Shown piece after piece: positions 40,645 through 51,992 of a DNA stretch of 64,000 nt. Location: NCBI RefSeq assembly GCF_001194135.2, contig NC_068983.1, forward strand, positions 105,709,844-105,773,843, given 5' to 3'. The stretch is from Octopus bimaculoides (lineage: Eukaryota). A program made the position numbers and the translations under genes. Within the stretch, counting starts at the first letter, position 1; each line of letters starts with the position of its first letter. The notes under the pieces were generated by a model. That model was not told the DNA's origin, did no database searches, and was given only the letters and a program-made list of their open reading frames with translations.

Positions 40645-41236
40645 TATAGTTTCTATGATAATTATAAGCCATTTCTTGTTTCTACTGAGTGTTATATTCT
40701 ATTGTATGCATTTCTAAGATAAACCGAGGACAGCCATAACAACAACGACTGCGTAAAGAAATCCTTGACGCAAATAAAGATACTATGGGCCCAACAATTA
40801 AGGTTGTAGGAACAGTATTTCATCCACCAGTTCCTGACTACACAGCAAAATTCAAGTAGACAAGTATTCACTCGACAAAACACGAGTTTGACAAGACTGT
40901 CATCTACAAGTTTCAGTTACAAACTCTATACATACAAGTGAAAATAAACGGCCAATTTACGTTAGCTTTAGATATCGAAAGCCATATGAGGGATAGAATA
41001 TACTAAACATTGAAATATAAAATATTTTTGATGAAAAAGATGACTTCATATGCCTTTGTTCATCAACATAATTGTCACTTTCCTGGCTTAAAATGTAAGA
41101 TAATTAAAATAACTTCAAAATATAAAATGATGCCGAGTATTAACTAATCAACATTTCGAAAGAATGTATCAAAATTAAATTGAATATGTTAATAACTAAA
41201 TTATCCATCTTAAAATTATTAGTTAAAGCAATTTAC

Positions 41237-41390
41237 CTTTCCAGAAAGAAAGAAAAGTCTAAGAAATTAGCAGTCTATATATAAGTATAATACAATGATA
41301 ATTGCCATGAAATATACAACCAAACTGGCGAAGGTAATCAACAAACTTAATGTCGCGCCTAAAAAGCAGATGTGTTTTGATTGGTTAAAA
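41237..41390 (-). promoter_or_regulatory. Candidate proximal CENPL promoter and non-coding first exon
   Basis: On the minus strand: CCAAT (41380-41384), E2F-like TTTAGGCGCGA (41353-41363), then a good donor GGAAAG|gtaaat at 41237/41236. CpG retained locally. Confidence 0.45.
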
Positions 41391-41499
41391 ATTGTTGTCG
41401 GGTCCATCCAAGTAAATATGAATTTCGAGTAGATAAAGTTGGAGTTACCTCCCCTTGGTCTCTCCTTACTCTCTCTCTCTCTCTGTTTTAATTTAAAAC

Positions 41500-41900
41500 T
41501 GCTTAGACTGCAACTCAGTCAGACATTCTTGTTGCCCGATATCAACTGCATTTGTCCCAAATGAGTCTACCAACCAGCTTGGAATGTCCATTTCCAGGAG
41601 ATCTTTGAACTTAATTTTCATATCAATCAGTTTCTTGAAGTATTCAATGTACACTAAAATATCATCCTCTTATTGTTTCTCCTCATTAATGGCAATGGTT
41701 TGGAAATGCATCAACTCATGAACAATATTTATCTTGAATAGGTTAAGTTTTCCAAGGAAAGCACTAACAGCCTCTTTGCAAATTAAAGATTTGTAATTTT
41801 ACCTTGTAATTGTTTGTTTAGCAAATTTTACAACTCAAATACATCTGCAAGGTAGGATATGACACATTTTGGCTGTTGGTATTTCTTCACCAAATTGCTA
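41500..41900 (-). mobile_element. hAT (Charlie-like) transposase relic
   Basis: Minus-strand remnants YLADVFE, KQLQGK, RFPK and IPSWLVDSF resembling the hAT C-terminal region; broken frames. Confidence 0.55.
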
Positions 41901-42039
41901 ACTATTCAAAAACATTATGACCAGTGTTACCCAACCTATTTTCACCCAGACCCAACTATAACTTTCCAGAAAAATATATGCCCCACCAATGGGTGAAAAA
42001 AAAAACAACTATTTTATTTTAAATATTTTATCAGAAATA

Positions 42040-42385
42040 ATGGCGGAGAGCTGGCAGAATAGTTAGCACGCCGGACAAAATGCTTAAAGGTATTTCGTCT
42101 GCCACTGCGTTCTGAGTTCAAATTCCGCCGAGGTCGACTTTGCCTTTCATCCTTTCGGGGTCGATAAATTAAGTACCAGTTACGCACTGGGGTCGATATA
42201 ATCGACTTAATCCGTTTGTCTGTCCTTGTTTGTCCCCTCTGTGTGTAGCCCCTTGTGGGCAGTAAAGAAATAGGTATTTCGTCTGCTGCTACATTCTGAA
42301 TTTAAATTCGGCCAAGGCTGACTTTGCCTTTCATCCTTTCAGGGTCAATAAATTAAGTACCAGTTAAGTACTGGGGTCGAGTTAA
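42040..42385 (+). mobile_element. SINE family C (two tandem cores)
   Basis: ggcggagagctggcagaa...gagttcaaattccgccgaggtcgactttgcctttcatcctttcggggtcgataaa. Diverged copies at ~22430, 50300, 58485(-), 59860(-). Confidence 0.75.
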
Positions 42386-42560
42386 TTTCCCTCAGCTTTA
42401 TTGTTATTAAAGTAATGAAGAATATTTTTTTTACAGATTTCACCTGACTCAGCAGCCTTACATGGAGTGCAATAAAATTTATAAGACTTATTCATCACAG
42501 TTCATAGTGTTTGAATGCTGGAAATTAAAGTTAATTGTTAAATGAAAATTATTGCATATA

Positions 42561-42720
42561 GGTGCAGGCATGGCTGTGTAGTAAGAAGCTTGCTTTCCAA
42601 CCACATGGCTCTGGGTTCAGTCCCGCTGTATGGCACCTTGGGCAAGTGTCTTCTACTATAGCCTTGGGCTGACCAAAGCATTCTGAGAGGATTTGGTAGA
42701 TGTAAACTGAAAGAAAGCTG

Positions 42721-42766
<46 letters not shown>

Positions 42767-42987
42767 ATGTATGTTTGTATATATGTGTGTGTCTCTGTGT
42801 TTGTTTGCCCCCCCCCCATCCCCACTTGACAACTGGTGTTGGTGTGTTTATGTTCCTGTAACTCGGTGGTTCACCAAAAGTACCAGGCTTTAAAAAACAA
42901 GTCCTGAGGTCAATTCATCTGACTAAAAATTCTTCAAGACAGTGCCCCAGCATGGCCACAGTCTAATGACTGAAACAAGTAAAAGAT
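42561..42987 (+). mobile_element. SINE family A copy
   Basis: Same head, core and tail as 21635-22024, more diverged. Confidence 0.8.
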
Positions 42988-43160
42988 ACTGGCAGATTGA
43001 TGGAATTGCTAAGGCATCTGAGAAAATGCTCAGTTTATGTTTTTAGGTCTAGTTTCAATGTAGTCAAGTTTACATAAAATTATGTGTACAAGTCAAAATT
43101 GTTCTGTGTTTCTATTAAACATTCTAGATGTCTGTATGCTGGCTGACTTAATTCTTTTAT

Positions 43161-43537
43161 TCTTTTACTTGTTTCAGTCATTTGACTGCGGCCATGCTGG
43201 AGCACCGCCTTTAGTCGAATCAAATCGACCCCAGGACTTATTCTTTGTAAGCCTAGTACATATTCTATCGGTCTCTTTTTGCCGAACCGCTAAGTTATGG
43301 GTACCTAAACACACCAGCATCGATTGTCAAGCGATGTTGGGGGGACAAACACAGATACACAACATATACATACATACATATATATATACATATATACGAC
43401 AGGCTTCTTTCAGTTTCCGTCTACCAAATCCACTCACAAGGCTTTGGTCGGCCCGAGGCTATAGTAGAAGACACTTGCCCAAGGTGCCATGCAGTGGGAC
43501 TGAACCCGGAACCATGTGGCTGGTAAGCAAGCTACTT
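43161..43537 (-). mobile_element. SINE family A copy, inverted relative to 42561-42987
   Basis: Reverse complement of family A, young-looking. Confidence 0.85.
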
Positions 43538-43925
43538 ATGTTTAACAAAGTACATAAATAGCCTTTATTAGTATACAGGCCCTTTAACAACTAATCAATC
43601 ATTGGTAATTTCTTCAACCATTGCAAGCTTAGTGAGGGAGTGGTTTAATCACTGACAACCCAACCATGCAACAGGTTATACTGGATTCCATGTTACCAGC
43701 AGCACTCATGAGAGACCTCGCACAAATGAACCTAGCATACATTCTACATCTATCTAGCAATAGCAGAGACTCTCTGAAATTCCAGGTTGATGTCCAGCAT
43801 GTTGGAAGACCACTGGGAGAGAGGTACCCCTTAGCTTTTGTTAAAACATATCTCTAGGAGACGGTCACTCTTATATAAAACCAGATACACAGGAAATGGC
43901 ACTAAACATTTTTGAGATCTTTTAG

Positions 43926-46900
43926 CAGACCGAGGCTACTGTAACAAAGCAAGTCTAGTATATCGAAGTGAGGCTAGATGCCTTGTCAATATATTCATCT
44001 GCTGTGCAGGATGACTCACATATTACTATGTAATATGTAGCTCTTATACATAGCCTCCTGCTAGACTTGAAAAAATTGAAAAAAAAAAAAAAATAGATGG
44101 CGTATGTAAATATGCAGTGCAAAAAGCAGGTAAGAACATTGACTACAAACAGAAGGATGCAATACAGCAAAAAAATGAGAAACTGAAATGAAAAGGTAAA
44201 GCATAATGGTATACAGAATATGAACACAAAGAAATAAGCAAAATGTTCAAGTCAATTAGGTAAAGTTTGAAGGAATACTGTGAAGAACAAAACTGCGTCA
44301 TTGGTGATGCATGTTGAAAAGTCTTTGGTAAGTTTACAAATAGTTCATTATAGTTCAGATGTATATAGTTTTAGATAGCTTGGTGGGCCAATGTACACGG
44401 CAACCACTACGAGTCATAGTGACATATGTAGATGGAGGAGGGGTCAGTGTGTGTGATGGTGTTGGTGGTGGTTGCAGCGGAGTAATGTTTGTTTTTTGTT
44501 GTACTGTGAATGTGAGGTGTATGAGGTGGTATTGTATCACTGTCTGTGTATGTCTGCTTAAGCCTCTCTCTTGAGACAGTTTCCTTTTTACCATTAATGT
44601 CTATGGTATATAGTTTGTCTGTGTGTGACAGGATGCGATAGGCTTCCATGCATGAAGACGTGAGAGGAGTTTTCACAGCGTTATTTTGTAGAAACACATT
44701 GGTCCAAGAATCAATGTCTTTTGGAACTGATAATTTAATGGTTTGGTGTCGTGTTGACATGGGTGGCAGTTCTTGCATCTATTTGCAAAGTCTGTGTATG
44801 TACATAGTGGGGTTTTGTGTGGACAGACCCACTGGGGTCAACATCTGGCCTGGTAACTGAAAAGGTGTGCCATAAACAAGTTCTGCTGGGGAATAACTGA
44901 GATCCTCCTTTATCGAGGTTCAACAGCCAAGAAGGACTATTGGAAGATATTCACTCCAACACTGCTGATCTGGGTGGAATCGTTCCACCATACCATTGGA
45001 TTGTGGATGGTAACTGGTGGTTTGAATCCAACATGTACCTATGGTCTTCGTGAACTTGTGGAAGAGTTGCGATTTAAACTGTTTTCCACAGTTGGTAGTG
45101 ATGGTGGTAGGGACTTCGTACTATAATATCCATCCTGTGAGAAAAGCTTTGACAGCAGATACTGCAGTGACATCTACTAAAGAAATAGCTTCTGGCCAAC
45201 ATGTGAAACGATCAATGCGGGTGAGCAGGTAGGTATATCCCTGGCTGACTGGCCAAGGTCTGACAAGGTCGATGAGTACATGGTTGAAATGCACATCTGG
45301 TGTGTTGAATGTGCCAAGGGGTGCACGGATGTGCCTATGCACCTTTGACTTCTGACAGAAAAGGCAGGAGCGTGACCAAGCAGTGATGTCTCATCTCATA
45401 TTTGGTCAAAAGAATCTAGCCAAAATGAGTTTTACTGTGGCGGTGACACCAGGGTGTGACAGGTTATGCAGTGTGCTGAAGACTGTTTGCCTGTCGGTCT
45501 CCAGAACAAAAGGACAAGGAGAATTCATGAAAGTATTGCACAAAATCTGTGCGTCAGCTGTGGGTACTGGGAAGTAATTGAAGTTGCATGTGGTAAAGGC
45601 AGGTGAGGATATATCGATTGTCTTTAAGTGAGGTTGATCTTTAGCCAGGAGATGCAGGTTGATATCTGTGGGTGATGATAGTGAATTCAGTGGTAGGCGT
45701 GATAAGGCATCTGCTGCAGTGTTATCTACACAAGAGATATGGCGGATGTTGGCAGTAAATTGGGAAATGAAATCCAAGTGCCTGGTTTTTCATGTAGAGT
45801 ACTTGTCAGGCTTCAAGTGCAGGGCAAAGGTGAGTGGACGGTGGTCTGTAAAAATCGTGAATTGGCATCCCTCGAGTGTGTGCCAGGAATGTTTGACTGC
45901 TAAATACATAGCTAACAGCTCCTGTCCGAAAGTGCTATAGTGAGTTTCAGCTGGTTTAAGCTAGTGAGAGGAAAGGCAAGAGGCTGGAGTTGTTGCTGGT
46001 GAAATTGTTGTAACAATGCGCCTATGGCAGTGTTGGATGCCAAGGGATAGCTAGCATCCCTTGGCATCACTACAAGGGATAGCTGAGTATCCATGATGGG
46101 GTGGGCAAGAAGTGATGCCTGAGCGAGTTGCTGCTTTGCTGTGTTGAAGGAATCAAATTGGATGGAGTCCAATGCTATTGGCTCATTCCTCTTTTTCCTA
46201 TTCTGAAGGAGTGTGTTTAACAGATAATGGATTTCAGCTGAATGAGGAAAAAAGTGCCAATAGAAGTTGAATAGTCCCGAGAAATGTCAGAGCTGATGTA
46301 ATGAGGTGGGTGGAGGTAACTCCTGCAATGCCTTTACCTTGTCAGGCAGTGGCGATATGCCTTTGGGGCTGATAATGTGACCTAAGAAGGTCAAAGAAGA
46401 TGCACCAAAAACACATTTGGTAGAGTTGATCGGCACTTAGTAAGTCTAGAATCGCTCGAACAGCTGATGTACATGATGAAGATGTTCCTTGGGTGAGGCA
46501 CTAGCTATCAAAATGTCGTCGATGTACATATAAACGAAGTCTAAGTCTCAGACAACTTCATCTATGAACTTTTGAAATGTACTGGCTGAATTCCGTAAAC
46601 CAAATGGCATAGTTAGGAATTCAAAGATGCCAAAAGGAGTGGTTACGACAGTCTTTGGAATATCCTCTGAATTCACAGGAATCTGATGGTATGCCTTAAT
46701 CAAGTCCAGTTTGGTGAATACTCTGCAGTTGTGGTGAGATGATGCAAAACCCTGATTCTGGGGTATTGGGTGCCTGTCTAGAACTGTGATGGAGTTTAAC
46801 CACCTGTAGTCATCAGTGGGCTGCCAGTCCCTGGAATGCTTTGGAACCATGTGCAAGGGTGACACCCAGGAGCTATTAGAGGGATGGATTATACCCAACT

Positions 46901-48437
46901 GGAGCATGTGGTTAAATTCCACCTGGGCCGCCTTTAGCTTCTCTGAGGAGAGGCAGTGAGGGTGAGAAAAACTGGAGCATCTTTAGTTTCGATGAAATGG
47001 GTGGTGGTGTGAGTTGGAGCAGCAGTAAAAAAATTTAGGTTAGTCAGCTCTGGATATGAGTTCAAGAGTGTATGGTATGGGTTGTCCATGGCAGCAATGA
47101 AAAAGATTGGACTAACTGCAGGGGTTAGTGGCCTTTTACCTGGGATAGAAAGTTCTGTGGTCGCGTCCCATAAGCATCGAGTGCGCATGTCCACAAGCTA
47201 ATGGAAGTGGTGCAAAATGTCTGCACCTAATGTTGGGTAAGAGAGATCTGCGGCTGTAAAAATCTACTTGAAGTTACGTCGCAGATCTAGATCCAACGAA
47301 TGAGATATCTGGCTGAAAGTTGGAATCGGTGAATGGTTCACTGTCTGTAGAGTCACTAGTGATAACAGTGGTTTATCTGTGAGGAGTTTTAACAGCCAGA
47401 TACTGCAGGCAGCACCTGTATCTATAAGGCAGTTGGTGTGGGATATCTAGTCTGTTATGAAAAATGCACGATTGGCCACTGGCTGCTGCAGAGAATGTAT
47501 CATGCTCAATTCTCTGGTTGGTTGTTTTCCTGTTGAGAAAAAGTACAGGGTTGGGTACATTTACGTGCTGAAGCTCCAAACTTTGCATGGTACCAGCATA
47601 TGGATGAATGAGCAGAGGACGAGTGATGGCAAGGTGAGAAGGAGCGATTGAAAGAACGCTGTCTTGATGAATGTGACCTGGAAGGAGTTGCATTTCTCTC
47701 GTTAATTCAGCTATTGCCTTTAGGATAGCAGCTGAGGCAAGGTCCTTATTAGTGGAAACTGATGCTACTAGTGGGTGTGAGTAGGTATCCAGTGGTACTG
47801 GGATCGGCTTAGTGGTGTTGCCGGTGTACTCTATGGAGGCTATTTGTTTGATGGGAGTCGTCTCCACCATAGAGGCTTGAACATTAGAGGGCAACCAGGA
47901 AAAAAGTAGTTGTTTCAATAAAGCACTATCAGCAGGTGCATTTTGGGCCAATTCCTTTATGCAGAGCAAAAGTTGTGAGGGTTTGTCATTGATGAGGGTT
48001 TGAGATTTTCTTTCTTCTGACAAGGACGTGCATTGAAAAATCTCCTGCTTAATGCTCCTATATGTGGCATCATGTGGGAGTTCAGTTATCAGGTCCCTCA
48101 CAGTGGTTGTCAGGGATGGTGGTATTGTGTCAAGTAATATATGGAGCTGTTGGGCTTCGGAGACAATATTGTTCGTGGTAAACGTTGATTCAATCTGTGA
48201 GAACCACACTTTCACATCACCTGTAAAACAAGGTAAAGAACTGTTATTCATGGTGAGATGTGTAACAGAAAGATGTCAATTACTGGGGAAAAGTTTGTAA
48301 AATGGTATGTGGTTGTACTGTTAGATGTAACGGATAGCTCAGGCAGCTGTGTTGTGTCCACGTGGGGTATTCAAAATTAGCGTGCATGTGTTTCCTTAGT
48401 AACACACATTTTTCTTTGAACGAGGCATCTGATGAAC

Positions 48438-48474
<37 letters not shown>

Positions 48475-49071
48475 CATGTATATATATAAATATTTTCATA
48501 TCGGAGTCACCTTTTCATAGTGGCTGTCATTGACTGTTCAAGTGCGTATTATTACAAGGAAAAAAAGTTACTATAAATCACCATAAGACATTTTTGTGTA
48601 TAAATATATTGTTTATTCTGTGTTCACCTTTTGTGGTCGAAGCATGTAGTATGATACAAAAACGTGTGTTTACAGACAAAGAAAGTTCTGATTTTTTTTC
48701 TTTTGCACTGAAAGAAGTATTACAGTTTGTATGCAAGTGTGTAATGAGAGCAGTCATTTTGAAAATGCGTGCAATAAAATATCTTCGTTTACGAACCATA
48801 TATCTTGTGTCGAGGTGAATAAACATGTGAGTTGCGTGTGGAGCTGCAGAGAAGGCATGTATTTTTGCACGAAACTTGGCAGGAACTGAGAGTTCCTACA
48901 GTATAGCTCAGAACGAGGTTAGTGTCTCAGAACGAGGCTAGTGTCTCAGAACGAGGCTACTGTATCAAAGTCAGGCTAGTGTATCAAAGCGAGGCTAGAC
49001 GCCTCAGCGATATATTCGTCTGCTGTGCAGGTTGACTCACATATCACTTTGTAATATGTAGCTCTGGTACA
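43926..49071 (-). mobile_element. Decayed Ty3/Gypsy LTR retrotransposon, CsRn1/Kabuki-like (gag-PR-RT-RH-IN)
   Basis: 5' LTR ~48515-49071 starting TGT. Degenerate tRNA-Trp-type PBS ggtgactccgatatg (~48497-48511). Gag with WFSQIE and KPSQLL, and a CHCC motif CWYHAKFGASARKCTQPC (~47545-47600). Protease LIDTGA (~47420), RT YIDDILIAS (~46520), RNase H TDHRPL, integrase HNLSHPG/IDRFT/NGMVER, C-terminal TRSGCRVHWP. PPT-like agcaggaggcta, and a 3' LTR recognisable over 43926-44050. Many frameshifts and stops. Confidence 0.9.
48907..49001. repeat. Five tandem 19 bp units inside the 5' LTR
   Basis: ctcagaacgaggttagtgt / ctcagaacgaggctagtgt / ctcagaacgaggctactgt / atcaaagtcaggctagtgt / atcaaagcgaggctagacg. 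Confidence 0.9.
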
Positions 49072-49199
49072 GTAACAACCAAAGTGCTTCTAACATCGCC
49101 AGAAAGTTTCAAAAGAAAAAGAATCTAGTTTCATTTTGTTGCCGAGTCATAACAACTAATGGAGTACATATTTTTAAACCTTCATTTTAATGTACCTAA

Positions 49200-49482
49200 C
49201 TATTGAGTTCCGTGTTTTTACGTCGATAAAACGAAAGCTGCCTTTATTATTGATTGTTGACGAGTTTTACGGATTATTAACAATTATTTATTTACCTCTC
49301 ACTTTGTAACCACTACAGTTCGTTTTCTTTTGCCTGTCATATTACATGTTCAAAGTTCGAAAAATCGCCCAAAACGGTTAACGTGACCATTAATTAGAAA
49401 CAAACTATCGTCATTGGTAGGTAGGTTTAAGAAATATAAATGCAGTAGACATTCATAGGCATGATTTAATATTGATAAACAC

Positions 49483-49533
<51 letters not shown>

Positions 49534-49840
49534 CACACACACACATATACGTTTATTATCTATCTATCTCTATATATATATATACACACACACACACGCA
49601 CACATACTGACAGGCCAAGCACACAAGTGTGCATACACATAAATACAGAAAGAACGACAAAAACAGCTCATACAACGCGCATACAGAAGACGAACGTTTA
49701 CCGTTTCAGGAACGTAGAGAGAAAGATAGAGAGAGAGAAAAATACAGAGTGGGAGAGAAAGTGATAGAAAGAGTAAGATAGAGCCAAAAAGAGAAAGAGC
49801 AAAAGATAGATAGATAGAGAGAGAGAGTGATGATTGAAAG
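49200..49840. promoter_or_regulatory. Probable bidirectional promoter region between CENPL (minus) and CTDP1 (plus)
   Basis: CpG-rich relative to the window. Minus strand carries CCAAT (49413-49417) abutting TGACG, E2F-like TTTTGGGCG (49366-49374) and CHR-like TTTGAA (49349-49354). Only 500 bp separates the divergent ATGs (49340, 49841). Confidence 0.55.
49303..49340 (-). CDS. CENPL: Candidate distal first coding exon of CENPL: MTGKRKRTVVVT(K)
   Basis: ATG at 49340, donor ACAAA|gtgaga, phase 2. Splices in frame to the 38070 acceptor (AA|G AAT TTT ACC AAA ATG). Lies in the CpG-rich region opposite CTDP1. Confidence 0.5.
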
Positions 49841-50109
49841 ATGGCGGAGAGTTCTAGTAATACTATCAAAGTGCTGGCTCCTGGCCGCATTAGAATTATG
49901 AAATGGAAGGTGCGGAAAGGTAGTAAAGTATCTCAAGGAGCTCTTCTAGGATTTTACAAATTAGTAAACACCAGTGAGAAACCTCCAGATGAAGAAAACA
50001 TTTGTAATATAAAGGATGACGACACTGTTAGTCTGCAGAAACTGAAATCAAGCCATGTTGGCACAGTTTTAGAAGTCGTTGCTCAAGAGGGACAAGATCT
50101 AGAAAAAGG
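49841..50109 (+). CDS. CTDP1: RNA polymerase II CTD phosphatase FCP1, exon 1 (N-terminal barrel-sandwich region)
   Basis: MAESSSNTIKVLAPGRIRIMKWKVRKGSKVSQGALLGFY...LKSSHVGTVLEVVAQEGQDLEKG; donor AAAGG|gtgagt, phase 2. Typical metazoan FCP1 N-terminus. Confidence 0.9.
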
Positions 50110-51992
50110 GTGAGTCGTTTGTTTTCTTCTATATGTTTTGATCATTACAGTAATCTATAAATACGCGCGTGTGTGTGTTTTTATGTCTTCTATGCGTGGT
50201 AGGGTTGCGACGTTTGCATGCATACATGACCTGTTTACAACTCCCTCTTCGTGTTACCGAAAGCATATTTTTAGATGTTAACGAGTTGCTTCTCGCTCGA
50301 TGAATCGTTAACATTGTGGAATTATTATAATGATAGCGCCAAACTCGATTTTCTTCAGCATCAAAGCGAGGTCGATTAAATAACCTGAAGTTTTCTTCGT
50401 CGACTTTTCCCTTTTTTTATTTCCTTGTACAGAAAGGTCTGGTTCCCGCCGGGGTCGACTTTTCATTTCGGGATACGTTAAAATAAATACCAATCAAGTA
50501 CCGATGTGGAATTTAATCAACTGCACCCAGTCCTAAATTTGTTACCTTGTGGTAAATTTAGAAACCCCGATTGGCGGTTATTGTTATTAATAGATGCTAG
50601 TCTGAGAAGTGCTCATAACCGTCGCTGGCCCTCACAGATTAAGGACATGATTTACCATATTTCACAATGAATTGAATTTTCAACAAGTTTCGATCCCCGC
50701 TTAGATTGCCTCAAGGATGTAGAAATGCTTGAACATCTAATTTCTCATTTACCCTACTTTCTAAGAATAAACGAATCTTCGTGCTAATTTGAGATCATCT
50801 TTCTTTACATAGATATGAAGTGCACGGAAAGATAAAACGGGAAATCGTGATACTAATGTTTTCCATAAGGGTAAAATGCAACAACTGTTTGAAATATTTA
50901 TTGTAGGTCGAGTGACATCACTTCAGATAGGTGTAAATTTTATAAAGATTAAGGGCGGGATTACTGGTGATATGGTTCCAATTAAAAAAAACATTCTGTT
51001 GGATTACGTACGATTCGAGTAACAATAAACTAATTTCCAGTGATAATATTACTGTATTGAGAGCACCGGTTGTATACTTTTCGCTGAGAAATGGTCTTGT
51101 GCTTCCTGTATATAAAAAAAATGTTTATACATGTATTTGTGTGTATTGACAGATATCTATCGAAGAGTTAAACTCACATGTATGTATACATTGTACACAC
51201 ACACACACACAGAGTAATATCCAATAGCATGGGTAGCGAACTCTAGGCCCGTGGCAATATACGTAAAACTGTTACAGTATCTATTTATCACAAAACCCAG
51301 TGACTGTTTTCGTTGATATATATATATTAGACAACTCACTGTTACACACAAACACACAATTATACATATCTACAACTGTATTTTTGTAATTAGTGACAAC
51401 AGTATTTTTGTAATTAGAGACAGGTATCCTGTTAATTACCGTGGTTGATATTCTTTAATTGGTCCTATTCTTATATACATGCAGTAAGATACAAGGCCAG
51501 TTTTGCAAGGGAAGGGAAAATTGTTCATTGATTTCATATTATGACTGGTACCGATTTTGTTTGGTTGAAGGCTGAATGGTAAAATTAACTGTCTCTCCTG
51601 CAACTTACGCGCGAAAGTTAAAAATCTATCTTTTATGGCTTTAGAGGGATAGTGGATTTTAATTTTTTTCGGGTTTTAGATTAAAATACAGTGCAAAAGT
51701 GTGAATATATTAGGAGACAGTTCTAAGTACTCCAGTTCTCTTTTCTCTCTCTAATATAGGTTTGTGGTTGAAAATGCACCTGTGTTTTAAAACAAAGTTT
51801 AGTTTTTTTAAATATATTACAATACTATATTGGTTTCGACAATTTTTTTTTGCATCTGAATTATAAACAAAAGAATAAGATGAAAATTCAAAAGATTTTC
51901 CTTTAAATTTTTATCTTATTTTTTTTTTATATACACGATTAAAATAGATTTTTTTAAAACCCAGGTACTTTTTCAACCCCAAATCAATTTTC

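Noticed and set aside
47373-48251. 292 aa ORF as a possible domesticated gag gene
   Set aside because: It shifts out of the gag frame before the CHCC motif and lies in a uniformly decayed provirus; no sign of selective retention.
48907-49001. Regular short repeats as a CRISPR-like array
   Set aside because: Units are directly adjacent with no unique spacers, inside a eukaryotic LTR.
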